64,000 nucleotides of DNA from Deltaproteobacteria bacterium (GTDB lineage Bacteria > Myxococcota_A > UBA9160 > UBA6930), in assembly GCA_029261795.1 (NCBI GenBank), contig JAJDAP010000095.1:810-64809 (forward strand). The letters are read 5' to 3'. Below are positions 50,612-59,202 of the stretch, piece after piece. Positions within the stretch are counted from its first letter, which is position 1; each line of letters begins with the position of its first letter. The notes below the pieces were generated by a model. It was not told where the DNA came from, did no database searches, and saw only the letters and a program-made list of their open reading frames with translations. Made by a program: the position numbers and the translations under genes.

Positions 50612-51847
50612 ATGGATTTCAACGATTCCCCCGAAGAAGTCGCCTTCCGCAAGAAGGCCCGGGCTTTTCTCGAACAGCATCTGACCGAACTCGGGCCCGA
50701 CGAGGCGCCGACCGGCCTCAGCGAGCGTGAGGATGGCGACGCCATCCAGCGGGCCAAGGACTGGCAGGCCACCAAGTTCGACAACGGTTGGGGCGTGCTG
50801 ACCTGGCCCAAGGAGTTCGGCGGACAGGGCATGGGCAGGCTCGAGGCCAGCGTCTTCGCCCAGGAAGAAGCCAAGTTCCGGACGCCGCCCAACGTCTATG
50901 GCATCGGTCACGGCATGCTAGGCCCAACGCTCATGACCCACGGGACCAAGGAACAGCAGGAGCGCTTCATCGCCGAGATGGCGCGTGGTCAGGAGATCTG
51001 GTGCCAGCTCTTCAGCGAGCCGGCCGCCGGCTCGGACCTCGCAGGCCTTCGCTCCACCGCCGTCAAGGACGGCGACGAGTGGGTGATCAACGGCCAGAAG
51101 ATCTGGTCCACCGGCGCGCACTTCTGCGACTGGGGCATGATCGTCACGCGCACCGACCCCGAACTTCCCAAGCACGACGGTCTGACCTACTTCATCGTGG
51201 ACATGCGCGGCCCGGGCATCGAATGCCGACCGATCAAGCAGATCAACGGCGGTTCCGGTTTCAACGAAGTGTTCTTCAGCGACGTCCGCGTGCCGGACTC
51301 GCAACGCGTCGGCGGCGTGGGCGAGGGCTGGAAGGTCGCGATCACCACGTTGATGAACGAGCGCGTCTCGATCGGCGCTGGTGGTGGTGGCGGCCGAACC
51401 AAGGACCTCTTCCGACTCGCCAGCGAGTGCAAGCGCAACGGCAAGCCCGCCATCGAAGACTCCGGCGTGCGCGCACGACTCGCCGACATCTTCATCACGG
51501 GGAAGGGGCTCCAGTACACGGGCTACCGGATCCAGTCCGCACTCTCCCGCGGTGGCACGCCCGGGCCGGAGGGTTCGATCTCGAAGGCGATCGGTGCGCC
51601 GCACAGCCAGCAGGTCGCGTCCTTCGCGATGGAGCTGCAGGGCGCCATGGGTGCGGTCACCCAGGAAGGGCTCACGCCGGGCGATGCCATCTGGCAGGAA
51701 ACCTACCTCGGTTCACCGGGTCTTCGGATCGCTGGCGGGACCGACGAGGTGCTCAAGAACATCATCGCTGAGCGGGTCCTGGGGCTCCCGTCGGAGCATC
51801 GCGCCGACAAGGGCATTCCCTTCCGCGACGTCCCGACAGGCTCGTAG
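50612..51847 (+). CDS. acyl-CoA dehydrogenase family protein
   Basis: 411 aa. 'WCQLFSEPAAGSDLAGL.STAVKDGDEWVINGQKIWSTGA' and 'RIAGGTDEVLKNIIAERVLGLP'. Confidence 0.9.
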   Translation: MDFNDSPEEVAFRKKARAFLEQHLTELGPDEAPTGLSEREDGDAIQRAKDWQATKFDNGWGVLTWPKEFGGQGMGRLEASVFAQEEAKFRTPPNVYGIGHGMLGPTLMTHGTKEQQERFIAEMARGQEIWCQLFSEPAAGSDLAGLRSTAVKDGDEWVINGQKIWSTGAHFCDWGMIVTRTDPELPKHDGLTYFIVDMRGPGIECRPIKQINGGSGFNEVFFSDVRVPDSQRVGGVGEGWKVAITTLMNERVSIGAGGGGGRTKDLFRLASECKRNGKPAIEDSGVRARLADIFITGKGLQYTGYRIQSALSRGGTPGPEGSISKAIGAPHSQQVASFAMELQGAMGAVTQEGLTPGDAIWQETYLGSPGLRIAGGTDEVLKNIIAERVLGLPSEHRADKGIPFRDVPTGS

Positions 51848-52076
51848 CGGCCCCGGGGCGGCAAGCCCCCGAAGCCATCGACGGACCAGGCACGAGGCAT
51901 CTGCGGGCGCCTCGTGCCTGGTCATGTCGGGTTCTTGCCAGCTATGGCGCCACCGCTTCGCTCGGGATAGGTTCGGCAGGACCGATGCCCTCATCGCCTC
52001 CAAAGACCGAAGCCGAAAGCGAACCGAGCCAACCGGGCCGACCCTGCGAGCCCGGCCGACCGGTGGCGCAGGCCCG

Positions 52077-53405
52077 ATGCCAGGCCATCCGCGCTTGGCA
52101 TCCGCAAGGAGTCCTCTCTTGGACGTCGTGACGCTCCTGGCCATCGTCGGGGTTTGTCTTGTCCTTTCGGCATTCTTCTCGGGGAGTGAGACCGCATTGC
52201 TGCGGCTCTCGACCCACGACGTGGAGGAAGAGGTCCGCGAGTTGCGCGGCCCCCAGGCGATCGCGGCCCGCGATCTGCTCAGCCACACCTCGCGGCTGCT
52301 CGTCACGATCCTGCTGGGCAACAACCTGGTGAACATCCTCGCCGCGTCGGCTGCCTCGGCGTTGGCGATGCACCTGCTCGGCGAGCAGACCGGTCTGATC
52401 GTTTCGACCGGGGTCATGACCCTGCTCGTGCTGATCTTCTGCGAGGTCTTGCCGAAGGCGGTGGCGGCGCGAAACCCGCGCCGGATCGCCTTCAGCGTGG
52501 CGCTCCCCATCTACGTACTGCACCAGTTGCTGCGCCCGGTGCACATCCTGTTCGACCGACTGGTCGAGCCGGCGGTGCGCCGGATCGGTCCGGCCGACGA
52601 CGGCGAATCCCAGGCCGCGACGGAAACGATCCTGCGGCTGGCACGCGCAAGCCAGGCACAGGCGGGCAACGGCAGCGGCAACAGCGAACACGAGGCGACG
52701 CCGCTGGCGATCATCGGTGCCACGGCGGGTGCCGCCGAGATGACCGTCGAAGAAATCATGGTCCCGCGCGCCGAAATCGTGGCGTTCGAAACCACGATGG
52801 AGCCCGCCGAGTTGCTCGAGCGGGTCCTCGAAGAGCGCTACACGCGGGTTCCGATCTACGACGAATCGATCGACGATGTGCTCGGCGTCTGTCATTTGAA
52901 GGATCTGATCGAACTGGTGCGGGGCGGCACCAACGGGCGACTGGCGGACATCTTGAAGCCCGTGTTGCGGGTGCCGGAGCGCAAACCGATTCTCGAGATT
53001 CTCACCGAGATGCAGCGCACCTTCGTGCACATGGCCATCGTCAAGGACGAATTCGGTTTGACGTTGGGTCTGTGTACCCAGGAAGACGTGCTCGAAGAAA
53101 TCGTTGGCGAGATTCGCGACGAATTCGATCGCGAGGAGTTGCAGACGATCCGCCCGGTCGGCGACGCCTACGAGGTGCTCGGCCGCATCAAGGTGCTCGA
53201 TTTCAATCGGGCTTCCGGCTGGGAGGTCCCGGCCGAGCGCGGCGATACCCTCGGCGGCCTGGTCTTCAATACGCTCGGCCGCGCGCCGCAACAGGGCGAA
53301 AGCGTGGAGATCCCGGGCTTCCGGGTCAACGTCACCGGCGTTTCCGGCAGTCGCATCACCCGCGTCAGAGTCATGCGCCAGGAGGGCGAGGAGGCGACTG
53401 GATGA
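52077..53405 (+). CDS. CNNM/hemolysin-type protein (DUF21 - CBS pair - CorC_HlyC)
   Basis: ATG at 52077. 'LSAFFSGSETALLRL', 'LLGNNLVNI', a CBS region, and the C-terminal 'GDTLGGLVFNTLGRAPQQGESVEIPGFRVNV'. The 5' 696 nt of the track ORF overlap the ACAD gene and were trimmed. Confidence 0.85.
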   Translation: MPGHPRLASARSPLLDVVTLLAIVGVCLVLSAFFSGSETALLRLSTHDVEEEVRELRGPQAIAARDLLSHTSRLLVTILLGNNLVNILAASAASALAMHLLGEQTGLIVSTGVMTLLVLIFCEVLPKAVAARNPRRIAFSVALPIYVLHQLLRPVHILFDRLVEPAVRRIGPADDGESQAATETILRLARASQAQAGNGSGNSEHEATPLAIIGATAGAAEMTVEEIMVPRAEIVAFETTMEPAELLERVLEERYTRVPIYDESIDDVLGVCHLKDLIELVRGGTNGRLADILKPVLRVPERKPILEILTEMQRTFVHMAIVKDEFGLTLGLCTQEDVLEEIVGEIRDEFDREELQTIRPVGDAYEVLGRIKVLDFNRASGWEVPAERGDTLGGLVFNTLGRAPQQGESVEIPGFRVNVTGVSGSRITRVRVMRQEGEEATG

Positions 53406-54178
53406 CCGTTCGAGTCGAGCGCGAAGACGGCATCACGACCGTCATCATGTCCCGACCGGAGCGCCGCAACGCGGTGGATCGCGAACAGGCGAGGCGTCTC
53501 GCCGAGGTCTTTCGCGACTTCGACGCGGACGAGAGCGCCAAGGCCGCCGTGCTCTACGGCGAGGGCGGCACCTTCTGTGCCGGTGCCGACTTGAAGGCCG
53601 TGGCCGAGGACGGTCGCGGCGCGCCGACCGCCCGGCCGGAAGGGGACGGGCCGCTCGGCTGCTCGCGCATGTTGTTGTCGAAGCCCGTCATCGCCGCCGT
53701 CGAGGGACACGCGGTGGCAGGCGGCCTCGAACTCGCCCTCTGGTGCGATCTTCGCGTGGCGGATCCGAGCGCGATCTTCGGTGTGTTCTGCCGTCGCTTC
53801 GGCGTGCCGCTGGTCGACGGCGGCACCGTGCGTCTGCCGCGCATCATCGGCCAGGGCCAGGCCCTCGACATGATCCTCACCGGCCGCGGCGTCGGGGCCG
53901 AGGAGGCACAGCGGATGGGCCTCGCGAACCGGCTATGCGCGCCGGGCGAGGCGCGGGCCAGCGCCGAGGAACTCGCTCGCGAGATCGCCCGGTGGCCCGA
54001 GCGCTGCATGCGCGCCGATCGACTCTCGGCCTACACCCAATGGGACAAGGACTTGGAGGCCGCCCTCGGCGCCGAGTACGAGCGCGGTTGGAAGGTGGTG
54101 GAAAGCGGTGAGACGCTCGAAGGCGCCAAGCGCTTCAGCGCCGGCAAGGGTCGCCACGGAAGCTTCGACGGATCCTGA
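53402..54178 (+). CDS. enoyl-CoA hydratase/isomerase (crotonase) family
   Basis: The ATG overlaps the upstream stop (ATGA). 'ITTVIMSRPERRNAVD', 'GTFCAGADLK', 'KPVIAAVEGHAVAGGLELALWCDLRVA'. Confidence 0.88.
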   Translation: MTVRVEREDGITTVIMSRPERRNAVDREQARRLAEVFRDFDADESAKAAVLYGEGGTFCAGADLKAVAEDGRGAPTARPEGDGPLGCSRMLLSKPVIAAVEGHAVAGGLELALWCDLRVADPSAIFGVFCRRFGVPLVDGGTVRLPRIIGQGQALDMILTGRGVGAEEAQRMGLANRLCAPGEARASAEELAREIARWPERCMRADRLSAYTQWDKDLEAALGAEYERGWKVVESGETLEGAKRFSAGKGRHGSFDGS

Positions 54179-54184
54179 GCAGCA

Positions 54185-54910
54185 TTGCCCGCCCTCGAAA
54201 GACGCCTCGACTCGATTCGGTCGCGCCTCGAAGCGAGCTACCCTTGTCGCGTGAGTGAACCGCGTACGCGCCGCCCTCTGCTCCTCGTCGCGCTGGACAT
54301 TCTGTCGGTCCTCATCTTCGGGCTGACGCTCGCTTGGCTGGTTTCGCGTCTGGCCGGTGTGCCATCGCCGGAGGCGTGGCCGTTCATGCTCGGCGCCGCG
54401 CTCGCCGGGATCGCGCTCGCCGATTTCGGAACCGGGCTGATTCATTGGGCCGGCGACACCTTCGGCTCGGAGGGAACGCCGCTGTTGGGCCCCGCGGTCA
54501 TCGCTCCGTTTCGGGAACATCATCGGGATCCGTTCGACATCGTTCGCCACGGGTTCCTCGAAGTCACCGGCAACAACGCCTTGTTGATGAGCCCACTGCT
54601 CTTCGTCATGGCCGGCTTCGCGCCGCAGCTCGGCGCCTCGCCTTTCGCCGCGGCCGCCATTGCGGGCGGCCTCGCGTTCGTTGCGACCGCGGTCATCAGC
54701 AACCAGCTGCACCGTTGGGCGCACATGGCGCGGGTTCCGCGCCTCGTGGCCTGGCTCCAGCGCCACCACGTCATCCTGTCTCGGGTGGAACATTCGCGAC
54801 ATCATCGCGGCGCCCATGATCGCGGCTATTGCGTTGCCAACGGTTGGATGAATCCGCTGCTCGATCGTCTGGCGGCGTCGGGCGAGCGGCCCCGAGCCCA
54901 CCGCGCTTGA
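54185..54910 (+). CDS. CarF/TMEM189 (PEDS1, Kua-domain)-like membrane fatty-acid desaturase
   Basis: 241 aa with a TTG start as tracked. His boxes 'LIHWAGDTFG', 'FREHHRDPFDI', 'NQLHRWAHM' and 'RVEHSRHHRGAHDRGYCVANGWMNPLLD' match the TMEM189/CarF pattern. Confidence 0.72.
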   Translation: MPALERRLDSIRSRLEASYPCRVSEPRTRRPLLLVALDILSVLIFGLTLAWLVSRLAGVPSPEAWPFMLGAALAGIALADFGTGLIHWAGDTFGSEGTPLLGPAVIAPFREHHRDPFDIVRHGFLEVTGNNALLMSPLLFVMAGFAPQLGASPFAAAAIAGGLAFVATAVISNQLHRWAHMARVPRLVAWLQRHHVILSRVEHSRHHRGAHDRGYCVANGWMNPLLDRLAASGERPRAHRA

Positions 54911-55629
54911 GTTTCGAGAGCTGGCACGCGTTCTACTACGCCGATTGGCAGTGGCCCTGGGCGCTGCTCGTGGTGCCGGTATTCTGGAGCGTCGCGCGGC
55001 GGGTCGGTGCGCCTCGCCAGCGGGACGCAACGGCGCGCTTCGTGTCGATCTGGGCGAGCGTCTTCCTGTTCGAAACGATGCTCGATCCGATTGCCGGCGT
55101 GGTCGCGAAGGATGCGTCCGAGGCCGTGCAGACCGCGGTCTCGCTCTTTTTCGTGTTGGCGGGGGATTTCCGGGTCTACAGCCTGGTATTCGTGCTTGCG
55201 CTCGGGGTCGGTTCGTTGGGTCGCGGGCTGGGTCTTGCCGCCGGCGCGACGGCGGTCGTTCCCATCGTTGCTTGGCTCGTCAACCAAGGACTCGCCGCCG
55301 GCCTCGATGAGGTTCCAGGCCAGGTCCTCTGGCTGGTCCATGAAACGCTATTCGTGCTGGCCTGCTTCGGGCTGGCCCGGCTCTGGTTGCCGGGCCATGG
55401 CGATGTCTCCGAGCGCCCGTACCTGTTCCGGGTCCTCGGCTATGCGGCCGGGTACTACGCGCTCTGGGCGTCGGCCGACGTGTTGATCCTGGCGAATGTC
55501 GATGCGGGATGGTTGTTGCGCGGCGTTCCGAACCAGCTCTACTACGCGTTCACCGTTCCGGTCTTCGAAGTGCTCTACTGGGCCTCGGCGAAGGCCGAGA
55601 GCAATAGCTCCGACCAGAGCGCCAGGTAG
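54907..55629 (+). CDS. polytopic membrane protein, unknown function
   Basis: The candidate TTG start at 54907 overlaps the CarF-like stop (TTGA). About 6 hydrophobic helices. No family was recognised. The 3' end overlaps the convergent SIS-creatininase gene by 55 nt. Confidence 0.5.
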   Translation: MSFESWHAFYYADWQWPWALLVVPVFWSVARRVGAPRQRDATARFVSIWASVFLFETMLDPIAGVVAKDASEAVQTAVSLFFVLAGDFRVYSLVFVLALGVGSLGRGLGLAAGATAVVPIVAWLVNQGLAAGLDEVPGQVLWLVHETLFVLACFGLARLWLPGHGDVSERPYLFRVLGYAAGYYALWASADVLILANVDAGWLLRGVPNQLYYAFTVPVFEVLYWASAKAESNSSDQSAR

Positions 55630-57371
55630 CGCTCGCCGCGCTCGCGAGAGGCCGAGCGCGGGTCGCCGACCACGCCGTTGACCGCGTGCTCGCGCAGGCT
55701 CGGGTAGAAGAGTTCCTTGCCGGCGAATTCCGATGCGATCAGCCCGCCCTCGAGCCGCTGGCGGCGATTGGCACCGGGACGGATGGCGTCGAGAATCGAG
55801 GCCTCGAGTTCTCCGGCGTGTTGTCCGGCCGCGTCGGCGGCAACGCCTCCCGCTTCGGACAGCGCGAAGAGTGCGGCGTTGAGTCGCTTGTGGTCGGTGT
55901 ACGCGAACCAGCGGGCCGGTGCTGCTGCTTCCGCCAGTCGGGCTTCGGCTTGACGCAGGGCGCCGAGATTCCCGCCGTGTGCCGAGAAGCAGAAGATCTT
56001 CTCGAAGCCATGGTGGGCCAGGGAGCCGGCGACGTCTGCCAGGATCGCGATCAGTGTTTCCGGTGCGAGGCTCAGCGTTCCCGGGAACGCGAGATGTTCC
56101 GATGCGGCGCCTAACGTCAATGCCGGAAGGCGAATCGCGTCGGGGAGTGCGTGGGCGAGTCGCTCGGCCAGCGCCTCTGCGATCCAGCTGTCGGTGGCGA
56201 AGGGGAGCGCCGGGCCGTGTTGCTCGGTCGAGCCGAGTGGCAGCAGGGCGGTTCTCTTTCCGCTCGCGAGGGCCGCTTCGATCTCCGGCCAGGTCGCGGG
56301 CTCGAGGCTGCGGCCCGTCGGCGCCAGCGGGCTCACCACGATGTCGGAACCGATCTCGTAGAGGGGCGCGTCGCTGCCCCGCCCGGGCCAGTCCGCCGGA
56401 TCGGTCCCGGTGCTGGCCAGGGCCGCCAGCACGAGTTCGTTCGCCGCGGCTTCGAACTCGATCACCGAGAGCGGGTGCGCGAGCGTCGCTTCGAGGGCGA
56501 TGTGGTGGTGTCTTTCCGGTACCAGCAAGCGGTCGAGTCGCGCCAGGCGTTCCCGCGCCCGTGCGTCGTCGGCCGCCGACAGCGAGACGATGATCGCCTC
56601 GCGGCCATGGAAGGCCTGAAAGGGTCCATGAGCGAAATCCAGCACGTCACTGACCGGGGCGACATCGCGGAGCAGGGCCTCAGTCCACTTGAGGCGCAAG
56701 TTGTCTGCAGCCTCGTGGCCGTGGCCGGCCCCTACGAATAACAACGGTAGGTGCCCCAGTTCGGCTGAGAGTGGCTGCGCTAGCTGTCGTGCGTGAGCGC
56801 TAGCGCGTTCTACCGCGGCAGCGACGTCTGCCGCACCCGGCCCGGGTTCGGCACCGAAAGCGCGAGCGATGCACCACGCCGCGAAGAAGGTGGTGGCCGG
56901 GCCGACCAGGCGCACCAGCGTTCCGTACTCGTCGGGCGCCCCGGAATCGAGCAACGTCACGCCTGCGCGCTCGAGCTGCGCTGCGAATCGTCCGCGGCCG
57001 TCGCGATCCGAAGGTCGGGTCGAGGTCACGACGATGACCTGGCGCCAGGCGTCGGGTTGGCCGAGCGCGAGGCGCGCGTTCGGAGAAAGGCCCTGACTGA
57101 AGCCGACCAGCAGGTCGCCGCGATGGGAGCGCTCGTGTTCGTCCGGGAACGCGCCGGGTGGCACGAAACGCGCGTCGGTTCCGAGCCCCGAGAGCCATTC
57201 GGCCAGGGCGCGGGCATGGGCGCCGGAGCTGCCAACGCCGGTGGTGCGAACCGCGCGGAAGCCATCAGGATGAAGATCGATCGAACCGCCGTCGCCGAGC
57301 AGGCGAATGCGGTCGGGAATGCTCGCGGCGCGCTCGCCCAGGAGCGTGAGGGCCGCGGCCGGCTGGCTCAT
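55575..57371 (-). CDS. fusion protein: double SIS (GlmS/FrlB-like sugar-phosphate isomerase/binding) domain + creatininase-family metal amidohydrolase
   Basis: ATG at 57371 overlaps the upstream stop (ATGA), giving 598 aa. SIS motifs 'VRTTGVGSSGAHARALAEWL' and 'LLFVGAGHGHEAADNLRLKWTE'. The creatininase half has 'LLPLGSTEQHGPALPFATD', 'FSAHGGN' and 'QHAGELEAS'. The track ORF's extra 5' region overlaps the GCH II gene. Confidence 0.75.
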   Translation of the reverse strand: MSQPAAALTLLGERAASIPDRIRLLGDGGSIDLHPDGFRAVRTTGVGSSGAHARALAEWLSGLGTDARFVPPGAFPDEHERSHRGDLLVGFSQGLSPNARLALGQPDAWRQVIVVTSTRPSDRDGRGRFAAQLERAGVTLLDSGAPDEYGTLVRLVGPATTFFAAWCIARAFGAEPGPGAADVAAAVERASAHARQLAQPLSAELGHLPLLFVGAGHGHEAADNLRLKWTEALLRDVAPVSDVLDFAHGPFQAFHGREAIIVSLSAADDARARERLARLDRLLVPERHHHIALEATLAHPLSVIEFEAAANELVLAALASTGTDPADWPGRGSDAPLYEIGSDIVVSPLAPTGRSLEPATWPEIEAALASGKRTALLPLGSTEQHGPALPFATDSWIAEALAERLAHALPDAIRLPALTLGAASEHLAFPGTLSLAPETLIAILADVAGSLAHHGFEKIFCFSAHGGNLGALRQAEARLAEAAAPARWFAYTDHKRLNAALFALSEAGGVAADAAGQHAGELEASILDAIRPGANRRQRLEGGLIASEFAGKELFYPSLREHAVNGVVGDPRSASRERGERYLALWSELLLSAFAEAQ

Positions 57372-58390
57372 TCGTCGCGCGCCTCTTGATCGAGCAGGCG
57401 AAGCGTGGCCGGGTCCGGAGGCGCGTTCTCGTCCGGCGCGATGAACAGTACGCGGCCGCTGCCGAGGGATTCGATCTTCTCGCGTGTCTCGTGCCATTCG
57501 GCGAGTCGCTCGCCGCGCCTGGCCAACGGGAAGCGCTCGATCGCGCGTTGGCGTTGGACGTGCTGAACGCCGCCACCCTCGCCGTGTTCGAGCACGACGC
57601 GTTCGATCCCACGGAGCAGGTCGTAGTAGACGTGACAGCGGTACCAGACCGGCGCTGGTCCGGCGGCGCGCAGGGGCAGCAGGTAGGTCGCCACCTGGGC
57701 AAAATTCGGGAGGTCTGGAACCATTCGCGGTTCCCGCCACACGACCGGCTCCGGTAGCGGCGCGCTGCCGAGTGCGTCCGGGGCGTGTAGCTCGTGGCCG
57801 GAGTCGTACTTCGCCGTGAGGTAGTGCTGGTTCCAGGGCGAGGCGCGATGCCGCAACCGCTTCGTCCCCGCGACCGCCACCTTGACGCGCTCGAGGCCAA
57901 GGACCTTGTCGGGATTGTTGGTCAGCAACAGCAAGGGCGCTTTTACGCCGAGAACGGCGACGGCGTCGGCGACCTCGCGGTAGCTACGCGCGTCGTGGGG
58001 TAGCCCCATTCGCTCGTAGGCTTCGAAGGTGTGGATCCGGTCACGACTCGCCTGGACCATCATCCGGTCGCGCGCCTTGGCGACGAAGCCGGCGCCGCGA
58101 CCTTCCTGCATCAGGTAGAAGAGGATGCCGCGGCCGCGCAAGGCGATCGCTTCGAGGGCGGAGTCGAGCTGTTCCGCGCAGTCGCAATCGCAGGCGCCGA
58201 AGACTTCGCTGGTCACGCAGGATGAGTGGACCCGTGCCAACACGGGCTCTCCGGTGGTCGGGTCGCCACAGTGAAGTGTCCAGACCGGTTGGCCTCGCTT
58301 CAGGTCGAGAAAGCGTACGGCCTCGAAATCGCCGAAACGTGTTTCGAGGGGAAGCCGCCCGGTTTCGAGCAGTGAGCCGTGGAGGGGCAT
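57368..58390 (-). CDS. GTP cyclohydrolase II-like protein with ~150-aa C-terminal extension
   Basis: 340 aa. '[27 protein letters not shown]', '[16 protein letters not shown]' and '[10 protein letters not shown]' align with E. coli RibA '[27 protein letters not shown] / GRGILLYHRQEGRNIG / RLLTNNPKKV'. The segment aligning to RibA 'NKIRAYALQ' reads '[10 protein letters not shown]', with no Tyr. Confidence 0.85.
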   Translation of the reverse strand: [340 protein letters not shown]

Positions 58391-58401
58391 GATTCGGCCG
58401 C

Positions 58402-59202
58402 CTACTCCGGGTCCGTGAAGTTCGGCGGGCGTTTCTCCATGTTGGCCTTCACCGCCTCGAGCTGGTTGGGCTTTCCCATGATCGATCGCTGCAGCGATTC
58501 CTCGAGCGCAAGACCCTCGGCATGGCTGCCGACGACGGCGTTGTTCCAGAGCCTCTTGGCGGCCCGGATCGCATCGGGGCTCCGCTGCGCGATCTCGCCG
58601 GCCAATGCCATCGCGTCCGCGTGCGGGTCGTCGCTCAGGTGTGTGGCGAGTCCGATCTCCTTGGCCTCGGTCCCCGAGACTACGCGCGCCGTGAATGTCA
58701 GTTCCTTGGCGTGATCGAGCCCGACCAGGTGGCGCAGGCTCTGGGTTCCCGCGACATCCGGGATCAAGCCCCAGTGACTCTCGCGAATCGAGAGTCTGGC
58801 GTCCGGTGCCACGAAGCGGATGTCGGCCCCGAGCGCGATCTGGATGCCGGCTCCGTAGGCCACGCCGTGGACGGCCGCGATCACCGGCACCGGCACTTCC
58901 TGCCAGACCCAGGCCGAGCGCTGGGCGTAGTTGGCCGGGCTCTCGTCGTTGCGCTCCATCATGTTCGGGCCCTCGCGCTTGCCCGTATTCGCCATCAATC
59001 CGGGAATGTCGAGGCCGCTACAGAACGCGCGTCCCTCGCCGGACAGGACGACGGCACGCAGGCTCCGGTCCCGGGCCAGTTCGGCGCCGGTTTCCACCAG
59101 GGCAACGAACATGTCCATGTCGACCGCATTCATCTTGTCGACGCGCACCATACGCACGTCGGCAATGCCGTCCTTCTTCTCCACTCGCACACGCTCGGAC
59201 AT
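58402..59202 (-). CDS. enoyl-CoA hydratase/isomerase (crotonase) family
   Basis: 266 aa. GGAGG lies upstream of ATG 59202. 'IADVRMVRVDKMNAVD', 'RAFCSGLD', 'VPVIAAVHGVAYGAGIQIALGADIRF'. Confidence 0.88.
   Translation of the reverse strand: MSERVRVEKKDGIADVRMVRVDKMNAVDMDMFVALVETGAELARDRSLRAVVLSGEGRAFCSGLDIPGLMANTGKREGPNMMERNDESPANYAQRSAWVWQEVPVPVIAAVHGVAYGAGIQIALGADIRFVAPDARLSIRESHWGLIPDVAGTQSLRHLVGLDHAKELTFTARVVSGTEAKEIGLATHLSDDPHADAMALAGEIAQRSPDAIRAAKRLWNNAVVGSHAEGLALEESLQRSIMGKPNQLEAVKANMEKRPPNFTDPE

Noticed and set aside
49343-50911. 5' two-thirds of the 762-aa minus-strand ORF (48623-50911)
   Set aside because: Only the last 239 codons match Aat, from the GTG at 49342. The rest is antisense to the two acyl-CoA dehydrogenase genes.
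51381-52076. N-terminal extension of the CNNM ORF
   Set aside because: It overlaps the 3' end of the ACAD gene in another frame and is Arg/Ser/Pro-rich. The DUF21 domain begins right after the ATG at 52077.
57372-57740. N-terminal extension of the SIS-creatininase ORF
   Set aside because: It overlaps the C-terminus of the GCH II-like gene. The ATG at 57371 gives an ATGA-coupled start just before the first SIS motif.
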